A stretch of 22,968 bases of DNA from Candidatus Thorarchaeota archaeon (lineage in GTDB: Archaea; Asgardarchaeota; Thorarchaeia; Thorarchaeales; Thorarchaeaceae), in NCBI GenBank assembly GCA_016840855.1, contig JAEORO010000033.1, forward strand, positions 1-22,968, given 5' to 3'. Shown here piece after piece: positions 1-8,462 of the stretch (within the stretch, counting starts at the first letter, position 1; each line of letters starts with the position of its first letter). Both the position numbers and the translations under genes were made by a program. Below the pieces are notes generated by a model. That model made no database searches, had not been told where the DNA came from, and saw only the letters and a program-made list of their open reading frames with translations.

Positions 1-311
1 ATCTTCACCCGGTCCTCATTCAGTCCCAGTTGACCGACCAGCTTTCGTGCAAACCTGACTCTGCGTTCCGCGCCTAAGTTCCCTGTCTTGTAAGCACAGT
101 CACCAGGATGGCAACCAACCACTAGCACTCCATCTGCTCCCTCTTGCAGTGCCTTGAGTAGGAAGTTGATGTCCAGTCGCGCGGTACATGGCATGCGGAT
201 AATCCGGCTTGTGATGTCGTACTGCAGTTTCATGGTCCCTGCAAGGTCGGACGCAGCGTACATACACTGCATACAGCCGTAGACTATGATGTTCATGTCC
301 TTTGGTGGCAT
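1..311 (-). CDS. mvhD: Stand-alone MvhD-type hydrogenase/Hdr [2Fe-2S] subunit (3' end runs off the window)
   Basis: Not in the ORF track. Manual translation from ATG at 311 gives MPPKDMNIIVYGCMQCMYAASDLAGTMKLQYDITSRIIRMPCTARLDINFLLKALQEGADGVLVVGCHPGDCAYKTGNLGAERRVRFARKLVGQLGLNEDRVK..., with the MvhD motifs CxxC, RxPC(T/S)xR and GADGVLVxGCHxGDCxY. SD-like GGTGA upstream. Confidence 0.95.
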   Translation of the reverse strand, partial: MPPKDMNIIVYGCMQCMYAASDLAGTMKLQYDITSRIIRMPCTARLDINFLLKALQEGADGVLVVGCHPGDCAYKTGNLGAERRVRFARKLVGQLGLNEDRVK

Positions 312-342
312 AAGAAGACATCACCGATTGTTAATCTAAAGA

Positions 343-408
343 GGATGCAATCCGACCTACATATAATCTTTCATATCTGAATGTGTATGGATGCATGCAC
401 CGACCTAC
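343..408. repeat. Imperfect direct repeat GGATGCA-N(2-4)-CCGACCTAC x2 flanking the mvhD TATA box
   Basis: ggatgcaatccgacctac (343-360) and ggatgcatgcaccgacctac (389-408); the CCGACCTAC copies start at 352 and 400. Confidence 0.5.
361..372 (-). promoter_or_regulatory. Putative BRE/TATA promoter of mvhD
   Basis: Minus strand GAAAGATTATAT: purine-rich BRE followed by TTATAT, about 50 nt upstream of the ATG. Confidence 0.5.
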
Positions 409-563
409 TTTAGGTTTCAGAGGAGGTTGAGTGGACTTCCACTATAACCTTCAACTCCCGTGCTCTACCCTTCTCATGACGAAAATAGACGAACCCGAGT
501 GAAAATGTTTAGACGATTGCATAGTGAGCTGAATTTATCCTAGAGTAGGTTCACAGATATCGG

Positions 564-1040
564 ATGGTGACTCATTGGGTGAGGTACGAGGAAGAGAAGA
601 GGAGATACATTTCATTCTGTGGTTCATATTGTCACACTTGTGATTGGCATTCAGGAAAGATAAGAAAAACTGCACAAGCTGCTCTCGACATGTTCCAAGA
701 GTATGGCGGGTTCGTGAAGCAATTCCAGGCGGAGGGTGTTGATGGCGACAACTTTTCACGAGGGCTGCAAATACTGGCCGAATCAAAGATTTGTTCAGGG
801 TGCAAAGCTGAAGTTCCTGATTACTTAAGTGGAGAGAAGGACCGGTGTGACATCAGACAATGTTGCTACGAGAAAGGTTACTCATTGTGTAGTGAGTGCG
901 CAGATTTCCCGTGTTTGAAGCTCAAGAGTAAACCGGGCGTAGTTAAATGGAAAACCATTGAAAACTTGAAGGCAATAGAAAGAGCCGGATTGGAACAGTG
1001 GATAGATAATCAATGGAGAGCTCATACTTCAAATGGTTGA
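564..1040 (+). CDS. DUF3795-like Cys-rich (putative metal/Fe-S binding) protein
   Basis: Cys pattern CGxYCxxC ... CxGC ... CxIRxCCxEKGxxxCxECxDFPC typical of DUF3795. Confidence 0.8.
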   Translation: MVTHWVRYEEEKRRYISFCGSYCHTCDWHSGKIRKTAQAALDMFQEYGGFVKQFQAEGVDGDNFSRGLQILAESKICSGCKAEVPDYLSGEKDRCDIRQCCYEKGYSLCSECADFPCLKLKSKPGVVKWKTIENLKAIERAGLEQWIDNQWRAHTSNG

Positions 1041-1079
1041 AAGGTATCTTTGTGTTGCATGATTTGTTTAAGTCATATT

Positions 1080-1469
1080 TTATGGGCGAACAAGTTCCTC
1101 AGCATCAGGTTGCCACTCAGGATAGACGATACACAAGAACTCTAGATTTGAATTTCCAATGTTTTCAATGGATTGAACCGCCTTTGGTGGAATATAGATT
1201 GTATCACCAGGTCCTACCCTTTCCGTTTCGGTGTCAATACGCATGAGCCCATTTCCATTGAGGATGTAATAGACCTCTGAGGCTGTCTTGAACCGATGTG
1301 GGAGTGAAGCTTTCTTTGGCAGGAGAGTTGCGTGTGCCAAACTGTATCCAAGATGTAGTGTTTCTTTTGTGTGCTTAGGATTGAGCATCTCTCGTATTAT
1401 TGTGTCATCAAGTGCAATAATTTGTTTGAGATCATTTAGTTTCTTAACAATCATAACAGAATCTCCCAC
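1080..1469 (-). CDS. Cupin-2 domain protein
   Basis: SLPHRFKTASEVYYILNGNG and GDTIYIPPKAVQSIENIG cupin motifs; GTG start (alternative ATG at 1454). Confidence 0.85.
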   Translation of the reverse strand: MGDSVMIVKKLNDLKQIIALDDTIIREMLNPKHTKETLHLGYSLAHATLLPKKASLPHRFKTASEVYYILNGNGLMRIDTETERVGPGDTIYIPPKAVQSIENIGNSNLEFLCIVYPEWQPDAEELVRP

Positions 1470-1474
1470 TTATC

Positions 1475-2674
1475 CTAGAAATCTGGAGGTTTTTCATTAT
1501 ACCACTTTGGTATCTTATCCATGGCGGGCTCATAACCACTGAGTACATGACGACCAAGGATTAGTCTTTGTACCTCGCTGGTCCCTTCATAGATTTGGTA
1601 GAGTTTGGCATCTCTGAAGAGCTTCTCGAGCGGGTATTGGTCAATGTATCCGTACCCACCATGGATTTGAAGGGCTTCACTTGCTATTTCCATGGCTGCG
1701 TCAGTGGCATATGCTTTTGCTACACTTGCAGGGACCGTGGCATCTCCAACATTATCTGTTGTCCATGCGGCCTTCAAGTATAGTGCTCTTGAAGCCTCTA
1801 TTTTTATGTACATTTCTGCTAATTTGAACTGAATCACTTCAAATTCTCGCAGTTTTTGAGTGAACACGTCTCGTTTGTTGACATAATCCCTTGCATACTC
1901 CATAGCAGCGCGTGCCAAGCCTGTGGCAAAGGCGGCAATTGAAGGTCGGGTCATAGCGAAAGTTTTCATAGCTATTCCAAAGCCTTTCCCCTCACTGCCC
2001 AAGATGTTTTCTTCAGGCACCTTGGCATCACGAAACATGACAGAAGATGTCGTAGATGCTCTATGCCCCATCTTTTCAACAGGACGACCTGTTTTTACTC
2101 CTGGAGTATCTGCATCTACAATAAAAGCACAAAGAGATTTATGCCGCTGGCTTGGATCAATGCTTGCAAAGACTGTAAAATAATCTGCATGAGGCGCATT
2201 TGTTATCCAAAACTTTGAACCATTAAGCACATAGTTACTTCCCTCTTTCTTTACCCGAGTCTGTATTCCAGCAACATCTGAACCCATGCCTGGTTCGGAA
2301 CATGCAAAACTGACGAATTTGAGGTTTTCAGTGAGTGGACGTAGATACTTCTCCTTTTGTTCATTTGTGCCAGCTACAAGTATTGGTTCAGCACCTAATG
2401 TGTTCACATAGATGCTAGTGGTCATCCCTGCGCACCCAGCAGCCATTTCTTCCACTGTGATACATTGTTCGATTGAGCCCAAGCCGGGACCTCCATACTC
2501 CCTTGGGATGGACAAATTCATGAGTCCTTCCTCCCAGCACTTCTGAATTATCGGACGCGGAAACTCCCCAGTTTTGTCATAGTAGTGGGCATGGGGAATC
2601 ATATATTCTTGTGCAAACTTTCTAGCTCTGTTCTGTAGCTCCTGTTGTTCATGTGTCAGTCTGAAGTCAACCAT
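1475..2674 (-). CDS. acd: Acyl-CoA dehydrogenase (short/medium-chain type)
   Basis: FACSEPGMGSD, LNGSKFWITN, GGYGY and IYEGTSEVQR (catalytic Glu at the MCAD/SCAD position); GAGGGAG SD. Confidence 0.95.
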   Translation of the reverse strand: MVDFRLTHEQQELQNRARKFAQEYMIPHAHYYDKTGEFPRPIIQKCWEEGLMNLSIPREYGGPGLGSIEQCITVEEMAAGCAGMTTSIYVNTLGAEPILVAGTNEQKEKYLRPLTENLKFVSFACSEPGMGSDVAGIQTRVKKEGSNYVLNGSKFWITNAPHADYFTVFASIDPSQRHKSLCAFIVDADTPGVKTGRPVEKMGHRASTTSSVMFRDAKVPEENILGSEGKGFGIAMKTFAMTRPSIAAFATGLARAAMEYARDYVNKRDVFTQKLREFEVIQFKLAEMYIKIEASRALYLKAAWTTDNVGDATVPASVAKAYATDAAMEIASEALQIHGGYGYIDQYPLEKLFRDAKLYQIYEGTSEVQRLILGRHVLSGYEPAMDKIPKWYNEKPPDF

Positions 2675-2713
2675 TGTACTCCCTCAAAGGATTTGCAGTT
2701 TCTGACATCTTCT

Positions 2714-2758
2714 CAATTGTATAAGTCAATTGCTAAAGGGCAATGAAGTAATTCAATG
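2714..2758 (-). promoter_or_regulatory. Putative acd promoter with a periodic CAAT(T)G array
   Basis: Minus-strand TTATAC box lies between two CAATTG palindromes (2714, 2727); further CAATG copies at 2741 and 2754. Confidence 0.4.
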
Positions 2759-2764
2759 GTCAAG

Positions 2765-5029
2765 CTACGAGGTTGATGTTATGTGTCTTACAACTTCCGG
2801 CAAGTTCCACTTTAACTCCAGTTCCAAGGCTCCACCTTCAGGTCCTGGACATCTCCTGACACAGGTCCGGCAAGCAACACAGAGCCAGAGGTCTACTTCA
2901 ATTGAACCAAATCCTGGAGCGTCATTTGTGAGAAGAATTTCCTTTGAGGGTTTTATCTTCGCAAGGTTTTGCACAGTTTTGTAGAAAAGGGAACGATTAG
3001 ATGGTAATTGAGAGAGAGCTTCATCAGAGATTTCAAAAAACTTGGATATCTCGATTCGAGGCTCTAACTCAATCGCATCCTCGGGACATGCAATCTCACA
3101 AGATTTGCAACCGATACACCTTGATTGCTCCCATTCGATTGTCCCAAATCCAAGCAAAGGCGCATAACCCATCTGGTTTCTATACTCATCAAGGACTGAT
3201 GGTACATCAACATCTGCTAAATCGTCAATAGAAACCTTTGGTCTTGTGCTGGGTATCTTTGCGCGAGTGCGGTAAGCAAGCAAGAGAGCTGATCGTATTT
3301 TGTCTTCGACTTCGTTCAGTGTGGCTTCATCAATCACAGCACCACTCACACGTACTGATGCAAGTTTGTCACGAGCCTTTGAAAAGACTTCTAGAGAGTT
3401 AGCTAGCTTCCCAATATCAGATGCGTTCAATTCGCTCAGAATTCTCTGCAACTCTATCGTGGCTTCAGAGAGTTGCAGTGCAAGCGAACATGTTGTTTGA
3501 ATGGTGATTTCAGCTTCTGACGGTGTTCTAGGTACGTCATAGAGTACATAACCATGGCTCTCACCAGCAATGGTGAGAAGTTCATCGCGTTTCATTCGTA
3601 ACAGATGCCTGAGAATCCTGTCCTGCGGAATAGTTGTTCTCTCAGCAAGGTCATGTGCTGTGAGAGCTCCTAGTTCTCTTATCAAAATCAGGATTGTTCC
3701 TCTTTCGAGCTCATTCTCGAGATAGGAGTCCATCATTGTTTGATAGACTTCAGGATCCAGTTGTTCTCCGTAGACATTAGTTCCAGACACGAGATTTGGG
3801 CCCTTCTCCAAGGCGATTTTCAGACGAAAGCGTGCAAAAGCCTCGAGACCTGCTGAAACTAGAAGTCTGAGGTTTTTAGCATCATCAGTTGTTTGGGTAG
3901 TAAGAACTGCTTGAGTGGTATTATCAACAAGCTCTCTCAGCTTGTTCATTGATTCCGAAAGCTCGCTCTCTTCATAAGTTCCCAATATTTGTAGCCGTTC
4001 TAGTAATGTTTGTAATTTCTCAAGTGATGTGTTTGCACTGTCAATCAGATCATGGTCAAGTGACTTGACCATTCCACGAACCTGTTGTACTATTCTTTTC
4101 ATGACCAGAGTCGAGTTGGGTATTTCGGTAAGAACCTTGGAGAATACCGGAGCATCTCCATCAAGGCCAACCATCTCAACTTCACCTCTTTGAATCATTG
4201 TAACAATAGCATGCTGTATTGTTTGTGGGGAGGTCTGCATGAGTTCTCCTATCTGAGTGACTGTCTTGGAACCCATTTTTCCAAGAACAAACATAATTAC
4301 TCCGCGATTTGCTTCATTGAGCATGTTTTCTAAAACGAGTATGTGGAAACGGGACTCGTCAATTCGTCCTTCTCGCTTCCCTCGCTTGATTTGAGCAGTA
4401 GATCTCAATCCAGGGCCATACCTTGTTTGAGAGCCAAGGGTTTGAAGCTTGTCTAGAGCTATGTCAGGGTCAGTTTCAGCCATTGACTTTGCTTCATTGA
4501 GATTTTCAATTAAGGACACAAGCTCAGCTTGAGCGGATTTTGCTTCTGATTCCGCGTTCTTCTCAAATCCGTCTGTGATTGATTCTATTTCGGCTATCAA
4601 GTCAGCTAGTGTGGAAAGGTTTGTAGCCATATCTATCTGGATAGAAGGTCCATGTATTTCCTCAGCCTCAGTCATTCTAGTTAAAGCAACGGTTAGCAAC
4701 TGTTTTAGTTCTTTGAGAAGTTTGGAATCAACTTTTGATAATCCTGTATCAAGATTAGAGATAGCTTGTTTGAGAATTCCCCGATCATGTATCTCAGAAA
4801 CAGTGTTTCGTTTCTCAATTGTATTTAGGAACTTCTCATAATAAGAGTCGGGAAATGCGAGAATGGCATCGGTTAATGGTGCTAATTCTGTTTTAAGATT
4901 GTCAAGCTCCTCCTTAACCTTACTGAGTGGAATTGTCGCCTCTTCTTTGAGACCACCAAGAGCCAGAATCATATCCAGCATGCGTTGCCTCTTGGGAGCA
5001 ATTGCTTTCTCTGATGTTGATTGACTCAT
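2765..5029 (-). CDS. Uncharacterised 754-aa helical protein with two winged-helix-like repeats and a C-terminal 2x[4Fe-4S] ferredoxin domain
   Basis: CIGCKSCEIACP and CVACRTCVRRCP motifs; repeated NExxRGxI...GxxTxxxIxE HTH-like units; ATGA overlap with the upstream hdrA-mvhD fusion. Confidence 0.85.
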   Translation of the reverse strand: MSQSTSEKAIAPKRQRMLDMILALGGLKEEATIPLSKVKEELDNLKTELAPLTDAILAFPDSYYEKFLNTIEKRNTVSEIHDRGILKQAISNLDTGLSKVDSKLLKELKQLLTVALTRMTEAEEIHGPSIQIDMATNLSTLADLIAEIESITDGFEKNAESEAKSAQAELVSLIENLNEAKSMAETDPDIALDKLQTLGSQTRYGPGLRSTAQIKRGKREGRIDESRFHILVLENMLNEANRGVIMFVLGKMGSKTVTQIGELMQTSPQTIQHAIVTMIQRGEVEMVGLDGDAPVFSKVLTEIPNSTLVMKRIVQQVRGMVKSLDHDLIDSANTSLEKLQTLLERLQILGTYEESELSESMNKLRELVDNTTQAVLTTQTTDDAKNLRLLVSAGLEAFARFRLKIALEKGPNLVSGTNVYGEQLDPEVYQTMMDSYLENELERGTILILIRELGALTAHDLAERTTIPQDRILRHLLRMKRDELLTIAGESHGYVLYDVPRTPSEAEITIQTTCSLALQLSEATIELQRILSELNASDIGKLANSLEVFSKARDKLASVRVSGAVIDEATLNEVEDKIRSALLLAYRTRAKIPSTRPKVSIDDLADVDVPSVLDEYRNQMGYAPLLGFGTIEWEQSRCIGCKSCEIACPEDAIELEPRIEISKFFEISDEALSQLPSNRSLFYKTVQNLAKIKPSKEILLTNDAPGFGSIEVDLWLCVACRTCVRRCPGPEGGALELELKWNLPEVVRHITSTS

Positions 5030-7191
5030 TCAGTCACCTCCATCCACTTCCCTGCAGTACCTTCATGGACTGGAGTAGGACCTAGCTCCTTGGCACGTTT
5101 CACCATTTCATTGACCGCATTTGTGAAGCGTTCAGGCTCTGCACTGAACATCCTAAACATGCCAACACGTTTGCCCTCCCAGCCAATCGCTTTCAAGATA
5201 TCTTGAGCAACATCTACCTGTACCTGAGCAATTTCGTTACCAGTTCCGCCTATATGACATCGGTCTTTTTCACACGCTGCTATCATTACTGTGCTGGCAC
5301 CATTCTCAAATGCCTTGAGAATATCGATGATGCTGATTCTGCCTGCACAGGGGACTGATATCAAACGTGTACTAGCTGGATATTCCATTCTTCTGGTACC
5401 AACAATGTCAATTGTAGATACGGAACACTCTTCGCAGTAGAAACAGAGCGTGATTGGATATTCAGGACCTGCGTCTTCTAGTGTGGCATCAATTTCAGAC
5501 CAAAGTTGTTCGTTAGATAGAAAATTAAGTTGAGTAGCACCTGAAGGACACAAGCTCTGACATACTCCACAAGAGTGACAATTAAAAGTGTCAATTGAAG
5601 CTTTGAACAGTAATTTTTGTTCCTCGTCAGCTTCTTCAACTTCTGTCTGTTCAATCATTAGAGGGACTCCACGTGGACACTGCTGAGCACAAAGACTGCA
5701 GCCAACACAATCATCCACATTTAGGACCGCACCGCGTGCAATAGATTGGATTTCTCCACCTTGAAGTTCATTATGAATGATGAGCGCACCAGCTTGAGCA
5801 TCTGTCACCGCTTCAAACACGAATTGAGGACGTGTGACTCCTCCGACTGCAACAACGCCACGACGACGAGTTTCATTCCTTCTTAGTTTGCCATAGAGTT
5901 CCTTCACGTGTCCATCCTCTTCAATAGCGTATCCTAGGGTTTCGGATAGCTCGGAAGTTCCAACAGGAGGGAGTACTGCTGATGAGAGAACCAGTAGATC
6001 TACTGCTGTTTCAAGATACTTGTCAAGCAAAGAGTCATAGATTCGCACATATGTAGAGCCATCTTTTTCCCAGGTCATGCTAATTCGGCCACGGATATAG
6101 TCAACACCCTTCTCACGAGACTCCTTGTATATCATCTCGTTCTCGAACGGAACTCTGATGTCCATATAGACTATCCTGACATTGGCATCAGGTATCCTCT
6201 TGAGGATTTCAAGAGAGTTATCAATAGCAAATGTACAGCATAATTTACTGCAGTCTTTCTTGTAGTTCTCATCCCTACTTCCAACACATTGCACCATTAC
6301 TACATCTTTTACCGGTTTCCCATCAGATGGTCGGACAAGTTCGCTTCTAGAGAGCATACATGAAAGCTCAAACTGAGTGATGACATTTGGATTCTTCCCG
6401 TAACGATACTCTTCCATAGATGTCGGTTTGAATTCCTTGAATCCAGTAGCTAATACTATAGCAGAGCTTGCCAAGGTCTTCTCTTCGTTGTTCTCAGATG
6501 AATAGTGAACTGTAAAGTTGCCCATCTCACCTGAAACATACTTGACCTTTGTCTTGGTCATTATCTCAATATTATCATCACTTTGAAGTGCTTCCAATCG
6601 ACCACTAAGTATCTCTTTGCCTGACTTACCTGTGGGAGCAACCACGGGAAGACTCTTGAGATGCCCTCCCAGCTCATCAGTCAGCTCTATTAGAGAAACC
6701 TTGTAGCCAAGATTTGAAAGACTAAGCGCAGATTCAATACCTGCGATTCCACCCCCGATAACTGTGACATGCTTAGAAACTTCCTTTTGCTCTAATACAC
6801 GCTTTGTGGATTTTGCAGACCTTGCAAGTGTACCGCGAATCATATCTAGAGATTTCTTATTTGCTTCATCCAAGTCTTTATGCACCCATGCAGAATGCTC
6901 TCTAATGTTCACATACTGAATTTGAGTACTGTTTGTATCCATTGTGTCAAGATAGTGATCAATTCGCGGTTGAATTTTCTGACTGGAACATGCAGCAATC
7001 ACAAGACGCCCATCACTGTTCTTGAGGAGTTCAGCAATTTTTGCTAGACCTTCTTCCTGACAGACAAAATCATGAACATTCACAGAAGAAACTAAGTTCA
7101 TTTTTTTGGCTTGAGTTTCTAGGAAGTCAAATCCCAACTGGAGCTGTTTGCCACAGGTGCAGATGAGTACCGCTGATTTGTTGTTATCCAT
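5026..7191 (-). CDS. hdrA: HdrA-like FAD/Fe-S protein fused to a ferredoxin domain and MvhD (QmoB-like architecture)
   Basis: N-terminal CxCG...AACS...NIREHSAWVH; GGGIAG FAD motif; QCVGSRD...CSKLCC; two CxxCxxCxxxCP motifs; C-terminal MvhD (CEECS, VPCAGR, AACEKDRCH). Confidence 0.92.
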   Translation of the reverse strand: MDNNKSAVLICTCGKQLQLGFDFLETQAKKMNLVSSVNVHDFVCQEEGLAKIAELLKNSDGRLVIAACSSQKIQPRIDHYLDTMDTNSTQIQYVNIREHSAWVHKDLDEANKKSLDMIRGTLARSAKSTKRVLEQKEVSKHVTVIGGGIAGIESALSLSNLGYKVSLIELTDELGGHLKSLPVVAPTGKSGKEILSGRLEALQSDDNIEIMTKTKVKYVSGEMGNFTVHYSSENNEEKTLASSAIVLATGFKEFKPTSMEEYRYGKNPNVITQFELSCMLSRSELVRPSDGKPVKDVVMVQCVGSRDENYKKDCSKLCCTFAIDNSLEILKRIPDANVRIVYMDIRVPFENEMIYKESREKGVDYIRGRISMTWEKDGSTYVRIYDSLLDKYLETAVDLLVLSSAVLPPVGTSELSETLGYAIEEDGHVKELYGKLRRNETRRRGVVAVGGVTRPQFVFEAVTDAQAGALIIHNELQGGEIQSIARGAVLNVDDCVGCSLCAQQCPRGVPLMIEQTEVEEADEEQKLLFKASIDTFNCHSCGVCQSLCPSGATQLNFLSNEQLWSEIDATLEDAGPEYPITLCFYCEECSVSTIDIVGTRRMEYPASTRLISVPCAGRISIIDILKAFENGASTVMIAACEKDRCHIGGTGNEIAQVQVDVAQDILKAIGWEGKRVGMFRMFSAEPERFTNAVNEMVKRAKELGPTPVHEGTAGKWMEVTE

Positions 7192-7200
7192 CTGTTAGTT

Positions 7201-8451
7201 TCACTTCCTACTCTGGAGAATCTTAGACACTACTGCACGTGCCTGAGTCACACTTTCAGGGACTTCTGCAGGACCCAGTGCGGTCCCACAAGCATAGACA
7301 TGATCACCGACCACGACTTCATTCTCTGAAGCTGGATCTGCGATTCCAACAAATCCACTTGCAGACTTTATTCCAAGTGTTTCAATGAGATTGTCAGTCC
7401 CTTTAGGAGGTTCGAGGGCTGACGATAGAACCAAAATGTCCACTGGAAACTTGAGATATTTGTTCAGAAGTGAGTCATAGACTGTTATATCTAAGGCACC
7501 ATCTTTTCGTGGCTCAATGAGAGAGATCCTACCTCTAACAAACTCCACTCCTGAATTTCGAGATTCGCGATAGTATCGTTCATACCTGTCATATGTACGG
7601 ATATCCATGTATACTACGCTGACTCGAACATCGTTTCTCTCCTGTGTGAGTATATTTGCATGTTTGAGAGCAAAGATACAGCAAATTTTGGAACAATATG
7701 GATAGTAGTTCTCATCCCTACTTCCAACACACTGAACCATCATCACTCGTTTTGCGGGTTTTCCATCAGACGGTCTTAACAAAACCCCACTTGAATCTCC
7801 ATTAGGATCAATAATCTTGGCCAGTTCTAGTTGGGTGATGATGTTAGGATGTTTTCCATAATAGTATTCAGCCACGTTGACTGGTTGCAACTCATGATAA
7901 CCAGTGGCAATTATGATGTCTGAAACTTGAACTGTTTCTTCTGTGGGTTGAGCACTTAGATTGATTGCCTTTGTTGGACATTCATCTTCAGCCTGTTTTG
8001 CACCATCATCAGCATTCGTTGGGTCATACATTACTGCTTGTGGTTGGCACTGTGGTGATAGTAGAAAGAAAGCCTGAGACTTTTCCATACAAAGCCCGCA
8101 CAGAGTGCATTTCTTTGGATGGATATACACAGGACCTACATTCAGTTTTACAGTAAATTTACCAGGGCGGCCTGAGATTTCGTTTACTTCACTATTCATC
8201 CTTAATGTGATGTTGGGTTGATCTGTGAGCGCGCTCCTATAGAAACACTTACGGATTCCGGGACGCCAGCGGTTCCCCTCGAAGCAGTAGAAACAGTCAT
8301 CGGTTGGAAATGCCTTGTAAAGGACCAAAGCGTTACCTCCTACTGATCTCTGTCGTTCAACTAGGATTGTTTTAATTCCTGAGTCTGCAAGCTCAACAGC
8401 GGCTGTCATACCTGCAACACCAGCTCCGATGATGAGGACAGGATTGGACAT
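7201..8451 (-). CDS. hdrA: Short HdrA-like FAD/Fe-S protein (QmoA-like length, no N-terminal Fe-S domain)
   Basis: IIGAGVAG FAD motif at the N-terminus; YKAFPTDDCFYC (cf. HdrA KTFPTxDCxxC); inserted CTLCGLC...ECP; QCVGSRDENYYPYCSKICC. Confidence 0.92.
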   Translation of the reverse strand: MSNPVLIIGAGVAGMTAAVELADSGIKTILVERQRSVGGNALVLYKAFPTDDCFYCFEGNRWRPGIRKCFYRSALTDQPNITLRMNSEVNEISGRPGKFTVKLNVGPVYIHPKKCTLCGLCMEKSQAFFLLSPQCQPQAVMYDPTNADDGAKQAEDECPTKAINLSAQPTEETVQVSDIIIATGYHELQPVNVAEYYYGKHPNIITQLELAKIIDPNGDSSGVLLRPSDGKPAKRVMMVQCVGSRDENYYPYCSKICCIFALKHANILTQERNDVRVSVVYMDIRTYDRYERYYRESRNSGVEFVRGRISLIEPRKDGALDITVYDSLLNKYLKFPVDILVLSSALEPPKGTDNLIETLGIKSASGFVGIADPASENEVVVGDHVYACGTALGPAEVPESVTQARAVVSKILQSRK

Positions 8452-8462
8452 GCTTCTTCACC

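Noticed and set aside
100-324. 74-aa ORF from the ORF track
   Set aside because: Off-frame shadow of mvhD (1-311), whose frame carries all the family motifs
343-408. Degenerate CRISPR or mini-array
   Set aside because: Only two short imperfect units and no cas genes; better explained as promoter elements or chance
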